Shown: positions 9,551 to 20,400, counted from the first letter of the stretch. The stretch: 64,000 nt of DNA from Candidatus Poribacteria bacterium (GCA_965208325.1 OZ242326.1:128001-192000), one strand, 5' to 3'. Notes: generated by a model from the letters alone, not told the origin. Numbers and translations are program-made.

Positions 9551-10267
9551 TCAGTCCTCAATTACGAACTCAAATAGCAGAAAAGAACTCGCCAGAAAAA
9601 CAAGGCTATAGGCGGCTAAAAGCGTAATCCAAAACAACCCTTTTAGTGCGCCGATTGTCAAAAGAGAGACAGTGCACTTTGCCCCGGCCATAATGACGGG
9701 AAGAATCAACGGCAGTAATATTACTGAAAGTAGACTTTCGTTCCCGTGTGTACTAGTAGAAACGCCGGATACCACAACCCCCACCGCGCAGAAACCCAGT
9801 GCGCCGATTGCGAGCACGCCCATAAGCTGGACCAGAATCTGAGGGAGCTTTTTTTGTAAATCCGGTGTCAAAGTATCAAACACATCCAAAAATTGCAACC
9901 CAACTAGCAGGACAATTATTTCCAGCCCGGTTAGCAGAACCAAGTTGCTCAAAACCTTGGCTAGGTAAAAGTTGCCCGGATCAATCCCTGTTAGTCTTAT
10001 CCCATGTAATGCGCCGTCTGCACGTTCAATCTCGAAGGATCGGTTCAGCGTAATGATTCCCGCGAACGCAAATGCTGACCACAGCGCACTCGCAGCGAGT
10101 TTTCCACGCTCGGCAGCACCTTGGGGAAAAATGGATCCAAATGCAAAAATGAAAATGAGTACAACCAGTATGCTGAATACGAGAATTAAGGCGAGTGTAT
10201 CCTTTGTACGAAATTGCAGCGCGAGATCCTTGCGTATGAGCCAACCAACCTGATGGATTCCAGTCAT
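9551..10267 (-). CDS. ccmB: heme exporter protein CcmB
   Basis: KDLALQFR, RSFEIERADGAL, LLSVILLPLILPV; multiple TM helices. Confidence 0.88.
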   Translation of the reverse strand: MTGIHQVGWLIRKDLALQFRTKDTLALILVFSILVVLIFIFAFGSIFPQGAAERGKLAASALWSAFAFAGIITLNRSFEIERADGALHGIRLTGIDPGNFYLAKVLSNLVLLTGLEIIVLLVGLQFLDVFDTLTPDLQKKLPQILVQLMGVLAIGALGFCAVGVVVSGVSTSTHGNESLLSVILLPLILPVIMAGAKCTVSLLTIGALKGLFWITLLAAYSLVFLASSFLLFEFVIED

Positions 10268-10738
10268 ATTGGGTATTGCGTAAAACGAGATTTCCTTATC
10301 TCAAATGATATCATTCACGCCAAAAAAAGGTAGGTAAGTATATCACGTGCATTTGAAAAAGGACAAGGAATATTGTCATTTCGACCATCCGGATAATGTT
10401 TTCCGTTCTCGGCATGAAGCTGTCTTTTCACACATTGTCAAAACGATAAAATAGTAAAATATGGAAAATCGCAATCCTCAAGTCCTACACACAAAAGTAC
10501 AGGCTTTTTGCACTTGAAGAATCGCGCAATTCTGAGGTAAGATACAACACTTACACGGTTTCCATTAACCGGAGTAAAATCCGTCCTGAAAATCGGCGGC
10601 GCTTTAGCTTACGAATACCCACCGTCTCCACTGCTAAGCTCATGAACGTTGACAATTGGACGTATTAAGAATTGGCGTTTTAATGCAAATGAAGGCTCTT
10701 CGATTTAATGGTTTACGCACTTCAAACACGAGTGTTTC

Positions 10739-11233
10739 ATGAAGACATTATTGCTTTTACGTCATGCAAAATCAAGTTGGAAACGCCCAGAATTACCGGA
10801 TCACGACCGGCCGCTCAATAAACGCGGTAAGCGAGACGCACCGCGTATAGCCAAGATTATCCGCGATAATGGGTTGGTGCCTGACTTAATATTGAGTTCA
10901 ACAGCCAAACGTGCCCGCAAAACGGCAGAAATCGTCGCCAAGACCTGCGGTTATGCAAGGAACGTTGATTTGACACCGGCGCTTTACCACGCCGCCCCGA
11001 GGACCTATATCGGTACGTTATCCAATCTAGCTGACGATTACCAGCGCATTATGGTGGTAGGGCATAATCCCGGTCTGGAGGAGCTGCTAGAAATATTAGT
11101 GGGACGGATGGAACTTATCCCCACTGCTACTTTAGCGCTTGTTCTGTTGCCGCTTGCCCAATGGCGGGAACTCAATTATGAAACCACGGGTAAGTTAATC
11201 AACGTGTGGCGGCCAAGAGAAATAGCGCGGTAG
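10739..11233 (+). CDS. sixA: SixA-like phosphohistidine phosphatase
   Basis: LLRHAKSSW, DHDRPLNKRG, VGHNPG. Confidence 0.85.
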   Translation: MKTLLLLRHAKSSWKRPELPDHDRPLNKRGKRDAPRIAKIIRDNGLVPDLILSSTAKRARKTAEIVAKTCGYARNVDLTPALYHAAPRTYIGTLSNLADDYQRIMVVGHNPGLEELLEILVGRMELIPTATLALVLLPLAQWRELNYETTGKLINVWRPREIAR

Positions 11234-11265
11234 AAATCGATAGCATCCGCGGGATACGAGCGAAG

Positions 11266-11294
11266 TTGACTTTCGACAAAACCGTTGCTATAAT
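11266..11294 (+). promoter_or_regulatory. putative sigma70 promoter (extended -10)
   Basis: TTGACT-N17-TATAAT with TGn before the -10. Confidence 0.65.
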
Positions 11295-11324
11295 GGATTG
11301 CCGACGTACAAGCCGAGGCGCCGG

Positions 11325-12071
11325 ATGAATGAGATGAAAACGGCTTTACCACTCATCGAAATGAAAGGCGGCACCGAAAAACCGAAATTCATTGAACCCA
11401 AGATGGTCGTCATACCTGAAGGCGATTTTCTCATGGGGAGCGTAGGCGGCGCACCCAATGAAACCCCGATTCACCGTGTATGGGTCAATGCGTTTGCAAT
11501 TGCCAAATACCCCGTGACAAACCGCGAGTATAAACTCTTTATGCATATGACGGGTCATCCTCCGCCCCGGTTTTGGGGCAATCCCAAATTTCAGGAGGAT
11601 TATCAGCCGGTTGTCGGGCCAAGTTGGTACGATGCAGTTGCCTATTGTGAATGGTTGCGCGATTTGACATGCAAGGGGTATCGTCTGCCGTCCGAAGGGG
11701 AACGCGAAAAGGCTGCGCGCGGTGGATTGCAAGGATGTGAGTATCCGTGGGGAGATGAACTACCTCACGATCACCTAGGCGGACGGAATGCTCCGCATTT
11801 CCTCATTGGAACTGATGGCCCAAACGGTTACGGACTGTACAACACGTCGGAGGGTGTCCACGAATGGTGCGCCGACTGGTACGATGCCGCTTATTACAAC
11901 ATCTCGCCGACTCGAAATCCAAAAGGTCCGAAGTACGGGAACCGCCGTGTAGCGCGCGGAGGGTCGTGGCGGCACCGCATCCGTTTCGCCCGGTGTGCTG
12001 CACGCAGCAGTCTTGCGCCCGATAAACAGTTCAGTGATTTCGGATTTCGCTGTGCCTTGACAATTGATTGA
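11325..12071 (+). CDS. formylglycine-generating enzyme family (SUMF1/EgtB/PvdO fold) protein
   Basis: FLMGS, PVTNREY, RLPSEGE, PNGYGLY, RGGSW, GFRCA; start moved to ATG 11325 because the promoter lies just upstream of TTG 11298. Confidence 0.85.
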   Translation: MNEMKTALPLIEMKGGTEKPKFIEPKMVVIPEGDFLMGSVGGAPNETPIHRVWVNAFAIAKYPVTNREYKLFMHMTGHPPPRFWGNPKFQEDYQPVVGPSWYDAVAYCEWLRDLTCKGYRLPSEGEREKAARGGLQGCEYPWGDELPHDHLGGRNAPHFLIGTDGPNGYGLYNTSEGVHEWCADWYDAAYYNISPTRNPKGPKYGNRRVARGGSWRHRIRFARCAARSSLAPDKQFSDFGFRCALTID

Positions 12072-13116
12072 AGAGGGGATTGTGGAACATAGCGCTAACA
12101 CAGAAGAAACGGCCTCAAATCTTCTCCTCAAGGCTAGCGGGCTAAAAAAACATTACCCGGTTAAAATGGGCCTGCTACAGCGCACGCAGAAATTCGTGAG
12201 AGCGGTCGACGGCGTAGACCTAGCTGTACAGCGCGGCGAAACGCTCGGACTTGTTGGTGAAAGCGGATGCGGTAAAACCACTATCGGGCGGCTATTGGCG
12301 CGTTTAATCACACCGACCGCCGGCAAAGCGGAGATGCTCATTCGTTCCGATAAGCACCGAACCGCACATGAACACTATCGCATCTTTGAACTCAACAAGC
12401 CGGATTTACGCAGATTCAGGCGCCATATTCAGTTGATTTTCCAAGACCCCTACGGTTCGCTTAACCCGCGCATGACCGCAGGTCGGATTCTTGGCGAACC
12501 GTTGAAGATTCACCGAATCGTACCGAAAGCGGCACGGGTAAATCGCATACGCGAGCTGCTTGAAATCGTCGGACTGCACTCAAACCATACGCATCGGTAC
12601 CCGCATGAGTTCAGCGGCGGGCAGCGGCAGCGAATCGGCATTGCGCGGGCTTTAGCGGTAGAACCCGATTTGATTATTGCTGATGAACCTGTTTCGGCGC
12701 TGGATGTTTCTGTCCAATCTCAAGTCATCAACCTGCTGCAAGAACTGCAGAATCGTTTTGATTTAAGCTACATCTTTATTTCACACGATCTCAGTGTTGT
12801 GCGGCATATTAGTCACCGCGTCGCGGTGATGTACCTGGGTCAGATTGTCGAAATTACGGATAAAGAAAGGCTTTTCGAGAATCCTCAACATCCGTACACA
12901 CGCGCATTACTGTCGGCAATACCCGTCGTTGACTCGAAAACCTCCCGGACTCGCACGGTTCTGAGTGGCGATACGCCAAATCCTTCGAATGTGCCATCGG
13001 GCTGTCGATTTCACCCTCGATGCCCAATGGTTCAAGCTGACTGTACAACTCGAGCGCAACATCTCGTCCAAGTCGATCCAGGGCATCAAGTCGCGTGTCA
13101 TGTCGTCACTGGATAG
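12064..13116 (+). CDS. oligopeptide/dipeptide ABC transporter ATP-binding protein (OppF/DppF-like)
   Basis: GESGCGKT, FSGGQRQR, DEPVSALD, HPYT, PSGCRFHPRC. Confidence 0.92.
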   Translation: MIEEGIVEHSANTEETASNLLLKASGLKKHYPVKMGLLQRTQKFVRAVDGVDLAVQRGETLGLVGESGCGKTTIGRLLARLITPTAGKAEMLIRSDKHRTAHEHYRIFELNKPDLRRFRRHIQLIFQDPYGSLNPRMTAGRILGEPLKIHRIVPKAARVNRIRELLEIVGLHSNHTHRYPHEFSGGQRQRIGIARALAVEPDLIIADEPVSALDVSVQSQVINLLQELQNRFDLSYIFISHDLSVVRHISHRVAVMYLGQIVEITDKERLFENPQHPYTRALLSAIPVVDSKTSRTRTVLSGDTPNPSNVPSGCRFHPRCPMVQADCTTRAQHLVQVDPGHQVACHVVTG

Positions 13117-13274
13117 CCAAGACAATATGGCAGGCTTAGCGCGGAAAGAAGGGTTTTTGCCCCGGCAGAGCGGTATGAAAACATGAACGACAAACTAAAA
13201 CCTTAGTAAGCGCGCCCTTAGCCGCTGTCCGCCCGACCTACAACATATAACAGATTTGAAGGAGGATTATTCAC

Positions 13275-14105
13275 ATGCAACCGATGTCCGTTGGCATTAT
13301 GCTAGGAGTTGGCGACGACCCCAATACTAGCTTTGAAAAAGCAAAATCCATTGGCGTAGACAACGTCCAAATGGGCTGTCCCTCTGACCAATACTTCACC
13401 CCCGAAGCACAAGAAAAGTTGAAGCAGGCAATCTCTGCCTCGGGCATCATGATTACGACGGTATTTTGTGGCTTCGTAGGAGAGAGCTATGCCGATATTC
13501 CGACCGTCAAACGAACCGTTGGCTATGTGCCCGCCGATTCCCGCACGGAACGCATCGAAAAAACCAAGCGCATTTCCGATTTCGCCAAGAATCTCGGCGT
13601 GTACCAAATCGCAGCCCATGCCGGTTTCATCCCTGAAAACCATTCCGATCCGCTCTACCCGGTAATGGTGAAAACGATGCAAGAGATTGCTGACTACGTG
13701 GTGGGAAACGGGCAAATCTTTGCGCTCGAAACCGGGCAAGAAACCGCGCCGGCATTACTAAGTTTTTTGACAGATGTCAATCGAGGCAACGTCAAGGTCA
13801 ACTTCGATCCGGCGAACATGATTCTTTATGGCTCCGGGGAACCCATTGAAGCCCTTGAACTCCTCAAAGACTTCATCGTGAGCGTCCACTGCAAGGACGG
13901 AAAATGGCCCACTGAAGATAATCAACTGGGAGTCGAAACTCCGCTTGGCGATGGTGATGTTGGTATGGACAGGTTTGTAAATAAACTGAAAGAGATTGGC
14001 TACCATGGGCCATTGACAATTGAGCGAGAAATTTCCGGCGGCCAGCAACTCCGAGATTTAATCAAAGCCAAAGAATTGCTTGAGAACTTAAGGGACGGGG
14101 AATAA
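13275..14105 (+). CDS. sugar phosphate isomerase/epimerase (xylose isomerase-like TIM barrel)
   Basis: ALETGQE, NFDPAN, VHCKDG, LTIERE. Confidence 0.85.
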   Translation: MQPMSVGIMLGVGDDPNTSFEKAKSIGVDNVQMGCPSDQYFTPEAQEKLKQAISASGIMITTVFCGFVGESYADIPTVKRTVGYVPADSRTERIEKTKRISDFAKNLGVYQIAAHAGFIPENHSDPLYPVMVKTMQEIADYVVGNGQIFALETGQETAPALLSFLTDVNRGNVKVNFDPANMILYGSGEPIEALELLKDFIVSVHCKDGKWPTEDNQLGVETPLGDGDVGMDRFVNKLKEIGYHGPLTIEREISGGQQLRDLIKAKELLENLRDGE

Positions 14106-14166
14106 CCAACTAGCGGGAGCGCAGAGAGTAAAGAAAAATCAACACATCACTCATCGCGTCTCACTT

Positions 14167-15108
14167 ATGAAGTCTCCACTCATTTTTATCGTTGGTCCCA
14201 CTGCCGTCGGTAAAACGGAAATCTCGATTCGTCTAGCGCAACGCATCAATGCCGAAATCGTCTCAATGGATTCGCGGCAAATCTTTCGGCAAATGGACAT
14301 CGGCACTGCGAAGCCGACATCCGAGCAACAACACGCTGTCCCGCATCATCTAATTGACTGTACGGACGTTGATCGGCCTTTCACCGCTGCGGACTATCAG
14401 CGGCGGGCAGATGCAGCTATTGAAGACATCTGTAGACGAGAGAAACAGCCGCTGATCGTAGGCGGCGCAGGTTTGTATTTCCGCGTTCTGGTTGATGGAC
14501 TCTTTGAAGGCCCCGGCGCAAATGGGGATATCCGTTCCAGACTCTTTCGCGAATTAGAGGATCAAGGCGCAGCAGCACTGCATAATCGTCTTCGCATCTG
14601 CGATCCGGAAGCTGCGAATCGCATCCACCCTAATAACCTCGTGAAGGTGATTCGTGCGCTGGAAATTCACGAATTGACGGGAAAACCGATTTCGTCATTT
14701 CAACAGCAGTGGACGCGCTCTGACTCGCGTTATCCGTTCCGTGCTTTCGGGCTTTGCGTACCCAGAGATTGCCTCTACCGCCGGGTTGAAACACGTGTGA
14801 ATCAGATGATAGAAAGCGGATTGATTGAAGAGGTAAAAGGGCTGCTAGACGGCGGATGTCCGCGAAATTGCGTCGCCATGCAGGGCATCGGATATAAGGA
14901 AATTGTCGGTTATCTCGACGGACAGCAATCGCTTGACGAGGCGATTGCACTGTTAAAAACGAACACCCGCCGCTTCGCGAAACGGCAGTTGACATGGTTT
15001 CGCAACGATCCGCGCATTCAATGGGTTGAACTCACCCAATATGAATCAGTGCATCAAGCGGTGGACAACCTATTGTCGCAATCCGACGTACGCGCCTTAA
15101 AGGCCTAA
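14167..15108 (+). CDS. miaA: tRNA dimethylallyltransferase
   Basis: GPTAVGKT, DSRQ, MDIGTAKP, IGYKE, FAKRQLTWFR. Confidence 0.96.
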   Translation: MKSPLIFIVGPTAVGKTEISIRLAQRINAEIVSMDSRQIFRQMDIGTAKPTSEQQHAVPHHLIDCTDVDRPFTAADYQRRADAAIEDICRREKQPLIVGGAGLYFRVLVDGLFEGPGANGDIRSRLFRELEDQGAAALHNRLRICDPEAANRIHPNNLVKVIRALEIHELTGKPISSFQQQWTRSDSRYPFRAFGLCVPRDCLYRRVETRVNQMIESGLIEEVKGLLDGGCPRNCVAMQGIGYKEIVGYLDGQQSLDEAIALLKTNTRRFAKRQLTWFRNDPRIQWVELTQYESVHQAVDNLLSQSDVRALKA

Positions 15109-15355
15109 GTGCTAAAGTTTCGACGAAAGTCGGCGAAACCACTTTCCTAAATGCCATCGTTACAATTTTGCATTCGTTCAATTTGCAGGTGAAAGTTAGA
15201 TAAGCTCGAATGAAAAAGCTCAACCCTTCCTTTCCATGGGGGGTTAAGAGCAGTTTGTAGGCAGAGCTAATTTGCGTTTTTGATTGATATAAGGGCAAAG
15301 TGCCGTTACCAGTTGCAGTGACGCTACAGGTTGTAAAGGAGTAAGAAAGACGCTA

Positions 15356-16423
15356 ATGGGGGAAAACTCAGAAACGTACACAACAGTCTCGGCTGAATAC
15401 TTGCGGAAGCTAGGTTCGGCGGTGTTGGAAAAGGCGGGAGTGTCGGTCGATGACGCCGAAGTCACGATCAACAGTCTCGTAGAAACCGATCTTCGCGGTG
15501 TGCACTCACACGGAATGATGCGCCTGCCCAGCTATGTCGGAAGACTTAAAAAAGGTGGAATTAACCCCAATCCGAATGTGCAGTTGGTGACTGAGTCGGA
15601 AGGGATTGCCGTGATAGACGGGGACAATGGATTCGGTCAAGTCGTGAGCAATCGCGCAATGGGGATTGCGATCGAAAAGTCTAAGGCTGTCGGCGTCGGT
15701 ATTGCCGGCGTGCGTAACAGCGGTCACTTCGGTGCTTGTGCCCATTGGGCACAGATGGCGCTGCCCCATGACATGATTGGAATCGCTACGACAAACGGCG
15801 GCCCGATTATGGCGCCTTGGGGCGGTGTGACACCGACAATGGGCAACGACCCGCTTGGCGTGGCAATCCCGGCTGGCGAAGAATTGCCCATTGTGCTGGA
15901 CATGGCGACCAGCGTCGTCGCAGGCGGAAAGCTGGATTTAGCCATCCGCAAAGGGGAAAAAATCCCAAAAGGATGGGCGCTTAACGCGCAAGGCGAACCG
16001 ACGGAAGATCCAGCAGAAGCCAGAGCCGGTCTCGTTCTCCCAATCGGCGAATACAAGGGCTACGCGCTCACGATCGTATTTGAGGTTCTCACTGCTGTGC
16101 TCATGGGTGCAAATTTTGGCCGCCAAGTCGTCCGCCACGAAAGCCCCAAACTCGTCAGGAATGTCGGCCACTTCTTCCAAGCCATCAACATCGCTGCATT
16201 CATGCCCGTCGCCGAATTCAAAGCAAGGGTTGATAACCTAATTCATCAGATGAAATCGTCAAAACTCGCTCCCGGCTACGAGCGTATCTACTTGCCGGGT
16301 GAGCCGGAACACGAAAAACGCGCACGGTACCTTAAAGAAGGAATTCCGATGCTCTCGTCCGTAATCACAGATTTGATTGCCCTCGCTGCGGAGCTAGGTA
16401 TTGAGCCGCCTGAGCCCGCGTAA
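15356..16423 (+). CDS. Ldh_2 family oxidoreductase (malate/L-lactate/ureidoglycolate dehydrogenase-like)
   Basis: GVHSHG, NSGHFG, LDMATS, YKGYAL, YLPGE. Confidence 0.9.
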   Translation: MGENSETYTTVSAEYLRKLGSAVLEKAGVSVDDAEVTINSLVETDLRGVHSHGMMRLPSYVGRLKKGGINPNPNVQLVTESEGIAVIDGDNGFGQVVSNRAMGIAIEKSKAVGVGIAGVRNSGHFGACAHWAQMALPHDMIGIATTNGGPIMAPWGGVTPTMGNDPLGVAIPAGEELPIVLDMATSVVAGGKLDLAIRKGEKIPKGWALNAQGEPTEDPAEARAGLVLPIGEYKGYALTIVFEVLTAVLMGANFGRQVVRHESPKLVRNVGHFFQAINIAAFMPVAEFKARVDNLIHQMKSSKLAPGYERIYLPGEPEHEKRARYLKEGIPMLSSVITDLIALAAELGIEPPEPA

Positions 16424-16489
16424 ATTGTAAAAACCCCATGTGTGTTGGAATCTATTTCAGAAATGCTGCCGCAAAATCGGAGGAGCAAC

Positions 16490-18673
16490 TTGGACAAAGA
16501 AACTGACATTGCGGCCCGAAATTCCGCCGACCATCAAATCCAATTCACGTCCGGCAGGACAATTTACGTCGAAGCGTTGCTAGGCGGTCGATGGGTGGGG
16601 CGGTATTGGAGCGCCAATGGCCGCTCCAATTGGGCGTACGAACTCTGGCAGCATGATGCCTTCCAACTAGAGATCGATCATGCCATACTTGCCGCTGGCT
16701 GGCGGTGGATTTCGGGGGTCGAAGTCGCCGTGACCGACCGCGGCGCTAGACATTTTGTGGTTGAAATTTCCAACGCCGCCCGCCCTGTCTGCGTCCGAAT
16801 GCATACTCTACTTGATGGGACGCCGGTGCTGACACGTTGGCTCGAAATTAAAAACAACGGTGACGAACCCATGGCGTTGACGAAGGTCTACCCTTGGTCA
16901 AGCCTTTTAAAGGCACACGCAGGGCATAGGCATTTTCCGCCCGATGGACTTGACGGCGCTTTCAACTTGGGTTTCTTCAGCGAGAGCGACTGGGGTTACG
17001 AAGGATGGTTCAATTGGAAGCCGCTTTCAACTGGATCCACAATCGTTGAATGCGGCAAGGGGCAAGGGTTCGACGATCCATTCTTTATCGTAAACAACCG
17101 AGCAAAGGGAGAATTCTTAATCGGTCATCTGGCTTGGCCAGCGAATTGGCGCATGGAATTCGACTGCCAGGAAGGTGTCAATGCTGACTATGAACGGCGG
17201 TGGGGGCCCTTACGGTCTTCCGCACAAGATTTTCTGAACTTCAAACTGGGTCCCTCGGCAGACGCGCCGCAGCGTATTATTGCGCCAAGGGAGACAATCG
17301 AAACGCCCGCTGTCCACCTCGGACTCGTCTCAGGAGATCTCGACGTGGCTGTTCAGGCGATGCACGACCATCTGCGTCGCTTTGTGCTCCCGTCCGTCAG
17401 TTCCGATTCGACGTGCCGCATTCAGTTCTTGGTCCCCGGCGACCAAGGTTACCTTGAACGCGGGGGTTATGCTTTCGACGAAAACACTGCTGCTGAAGCA
17501 AATGACCCGAATCAACGAATCTTCGATGAGGCGGCCGTACGCGAATGTATTGACATTGCCGAGTCAATCGGGGCGGAACTGTTCACACTTGACGCAGGAT
17601 GGTGGGACGAACAAGGGGATTGGTTCCCATCTCCTAGCCGGTTTCCCCGTGGTTTGGAGCCTCTTGTTGAATATGCCCATCAGAAGGGGCTTCGATTTGG
17701 AATGTACGGCGAGATAGAACGCGCGTACGGAAAAGGGTGTAAAATCGTAAAGGAACACCCGGACTGGATTGGACCCAGTGGAATTTTGAACCTGACACGG
17801 CCCGAGGTCGCCGAATACGTTGAGTCCGAACTCGTCCGGCTAATCGAGAGTTACGAATTGGACCTGTTCAGACTCGATTACAATCCCCTTTTCACGTACG
17901 AAGGTCCCACAACACACCGGGACGGCTTTATCGAAAACAACTATTGGCGGTATTATAGTGCTTTCTACACCATTTTTGATCGCATCCGGAAAAGATATCC
18001 CAATCTAATCTTGCAACAGTGTGCTGTCGGCGGAGCTCGTAACGATCTCGGCGTCGTCAGCCGATTTCATGAGGCTTACCTCACCGATGTGCTTTGGCTG
18101 CCCCACGTTCTTCAAAACTACAGCGGATTGACAATGGGGCTGCCGCCGGAAATCATCGTTACGGCGTTCGGCGCCTGCCGAGAGGGAATCGGGTATCCTG
18201 AGAATTTCGATACCTTGCTGCGTTGTATCTTTACGCTCGGCACACCCTTGATTTTTGCCGGGATGGTCGGGCCAAGTCGAGAAGGATTGACCCGCGAACG
18301 CCGCAGCGATTTCCTACGGTACGCGAAGCTCTATCGGGAATTTATTCGTCCGGTGTTGCCCATGTGCAAAATGTACCATCACGCGCCCGTTTCCGCTCGC
18401 GGCGGCGTGACTTCAAGCGGTTGGTTTGCCGTGGAATATGCGTCCACAGACCGTTCAAAAGCTTGGGCGACAATTGCCAAGATTGGTAAGTGCGAATCCG
18501 ACACATACCTATTTATTCCCAAGGGATTGCATCGGGGAAAGACCTACACAGTCACGTACGATAGCACTGGCGAATCAGCTACAGCCGACGGATTGCGTTT
18601 AGTTCAGGACGGCATACCGATTCGGCTGGAATCCATCGCTTCCTCCGAACTACTGATATTTGTAGAACAGTAA
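16490..18673 (+). CDS. GH36 alpha-galactosidase-like glycoside hydrolase
   Basis: LDAGWW, RFPRGL, FRLDYN, CAVGGARND; TTG 16490 follows an AGGAG RBS. Confidence 0.8.
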   Translation: MDKETDIAARNSADHQIQFTSGRTIYVEALLGGRWVGRYWSANGRSNWAYELWQHDAFQLEIDHAILAAGWRWISGVEVAVTDRGARHFVVEISNAARPVCVRMHTLLDGTPVLTRWLEIKNNGDEPMALTKVYPWSSLLKAHAGHRHFPPDGLDGAFNLGFFSESDWGYEGWFNWKPLSTGSTIVECGKGQGFDDPFFIVNNRAKGEFLIGHLAWPANWRMEFDCQEGVNADYERRWGPLRSSAQDFLNFKLGPSADAPQRIIAPRETIETPAVHLGLVSGDLDVAVQAMHDHLRRFVLPSVSSDSTCRIQFLVPGDQGYLERGGYAFDENTAAEANDPNQRIFDEAAVRECIDIAESIGAELFTLDAGWWDEQGDWFPSPSRFPRGLEPLVEYAHQKGLRFGMYGEIERAYGKGCKIVKEHPDWIGPSGILNLTRPEVAEYVESELVRLIESYELDLFRLDYNPLFTYEGPTTHRDGFIENNYWRYYSAFYTIFDRIRKRYPNLILQQCAVGGARNDLGVVSRFHEAYLTDVLWLPHVLQNYSGLTMGLPPEIIVTAFGACREGIGYPENFDTLLRCIFTLGTPLIFAGMVGPSREGLTRERRSDFLRYAKLYREFIRPVLPMCKMYHHAPVSARGGVTSSGWFAVEYASTDRSKAWATIAKIGKCESDTYLFIPKGLHRGKTYTVTYDSTGESATADGLRLVQDGIPIRLESIASSELLIFVEQ

Positions 18674-18703
18674 CACCCTGAAAATCCATACCCATACATG
18701 CGG

Positions 18704-18907
18704 GAACCACTTCAATCTTCCCCCGTCCGAGAGGAGTTAGAACTGAAACAATCCAATTCTCTCCTCGTCTGAGGGGAGTTAAATTTGAAACAATCCGATT
18801 CCTTCCCCTCTCTAGGGGACATAGAACGTAAACAATCAATTGGTTCCCCTTACTAAGGGGCATTCGATTCATTTCCTCCCCCTTTCTAAGGGGGAGCGAG
18901 AGGGGGT
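18704..18907. repeat. array of degenerate 42-bp units, each with a CCCC..GGGG hairpin
   Basis: Units start at 18704, 18746, 18788 and 18830 (AAACAATC...), ending in CTCCCCCTT-TCT-AAGGGGGAG. Confidence 0.8.
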
Positions 18908-18919
18908 AATGAACAGACA

Positions 18920-19915
18920 ATGAAAAACCAAACAACAAACAATCTGCCCCAACCCACGACCAATCTGCGAATTGCAAAGTCACATCTTGATGAATTCGGC
19001 TATTGCCTTGTAGCTGATGCGCTCAGCGATGATGCCGTGGCGCGTTTGCGAACCCGACTTGAAGAGCAAGCAATCGCCGAAAAACAGCGCGGATTTGCTT
19101 TTGAAGACGGAGGTGCAACGCAGAACTGGGGCGACTTTCGAAAGCCGGACGGCAGTCTCAGGCCCGAAGCCTTTACCGAGGAACATGGAGGGCGCAACCA
19201 ACGCATCTGGATGTTAATCAACAAAGGGGTGGTCTTCCACCATCTGTTATTCCACGAGCGTATCCGCGAATTGATTTCTTATCGGCTGGGCGACGAATTC
19301 CTGTTATCAAGCCATACCGCAAATATTGCCAAACCGGGCGGCGTCGCCATGGATTTGCACACCGATCAGTGGTGGATGCCGGCGCCAACACGTCGAGACC
19401 GGTCCCCGTTGCCGCCGGGTTCAATTAACCGTCGCCGCTTCGACGTGGATAAAGCATGGCCTCCCGCGATGATCGCCCCAGCCGTCGTCGTGAACGTCTT
19501 GTGGATGTTAAGCGGTTTCACTGCAGAAAACGGGGGAACGCGGGTGGTGCCGCGGAGCCATCTTATCGGGCGGCAACCGGACGCCGATCGGGACACGGAC
19601 GTTGAAGCCGTAGCCGCTGAAGGACGCGCCGGAACCGCTTTGGTGCTGGATGGACGTACTTGGCACGGTACCGGCGCTAATGTGACCGATGCCCCAAGGT
19701 GGGCAGTAATTTCGACGTTCTGCGGTCCGCAGTTCCGTCCACAGGAGAATTTTACCGTCGGTACATCATCTGAGGTGCTGAAACAGGCGTCCCCGGAGCT
19801 ATTAGCACTCCTGGGTTTTAAAGTATGGAATGCCTACGGCCGCATCGAAAGCCCCGCTGTCGAATTCATTTCCCCAAGCGAAACCTCACTCGGCGAAATG
19901 CAGCCCGAGCCATAA
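18920..19915 (+). CDS. PhyH family Fe/2OG dioxygenase
   Basis: LHTDQ, ENGGTRVVPRSH, WHGTGAN, RPQEN. Confidence 0.88.
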   Translation: MKNQTTNNLPQPTTNLRIAKSHLDEFGYCLVADALSDDAVARLRTRLEEQAIAEKQRGFAFEDGGATQNWGDFRKPDGSLRPEAFTEEHGGRNQRIWMLINKGVVFHHLLFHERIRELISYRLGDEFLLSSHTANIAKPGGVAMDLHTDQWWMPAPTRRDRSPLPPGSINRRRFDVDKAWPPAMIAPAVVVNVLWMLSGFTAENGGTRVVPRSHLIGRQPDADRDTDVEAVAAEGRAGTALVLDGRTWHGTGANVTDAPRWAVISTFCGPQFRPQENFTVGTSSEVLKQASPELLALLGFKVWNAYGRIESPAVEFISPSETSLGEMQPEP

Positions 19916-20400
19916 TGCGGTGCCGCACCTATATCATTTCGTTGGATAGACTTACCATCTACTCCTCCGGCATTAACGCCATGGAAAGACGCTCCAAAAC
20001 CGCCAGGCGACAATCAAACTATCCATTGATGGACAAATTTAACTGGTTGCAAATCTTAATCACTAAATCCGCATTGTTGCCAGAACCATCGCTCCCGTCG
20101 AGATTGCGCACGTGTACGAGCAAGCTCAATGGTGAGCTACGCATCAGCCGATACGCCGGTGTTTGCTGCCTTGAAAATGACGATAATTATTTGGTATACT
20201 AGCTGTACGGCGCACGTCCGTAAGGTAGCAACCGCGTGGCTTGGATTAGGTGTTTTGCTCTTCTTATTTGGAGCGAATTAGCGGAGTTTTCCGGCAAATT
20301 CGAAAACCGTTGTCGCCCCAAAAGTTGAAAATTTCACGCGCATACCCGTCACCAAATCGCCATCGCTGGATTTTATAACGAATTCGAACGTTCAGAGTAG

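Noticed and set aside
11325..12071. FGE-fold protein as a DGR target or true formylglycine-generating enzyme
   Set aside because: No template repeat or RT was seen, and the catalytic Cys pair after RGGS is absent.
13130..13241. REP pair ending in CCCGACCTAC
   Set aside because: The partner arm is too degenerate to support.
18704..18907. CRISPR array
   Set aside because: Units are degenerate along their whole 42 bp, with no constant repeat plus unique spacer structure, and there are no cas genes.
18579..18983. 134-aa minus-strand ORF with repeated PLxxG
   Set aside because: It is a translation of the hairpin array and overlaps two real plus-strand genes.
19825..20202. 125-aa ORF between PhyH and mutY
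   Set aside because: No RBS or recognisable motif, and it overlaps the PhyH end; left uncalled.
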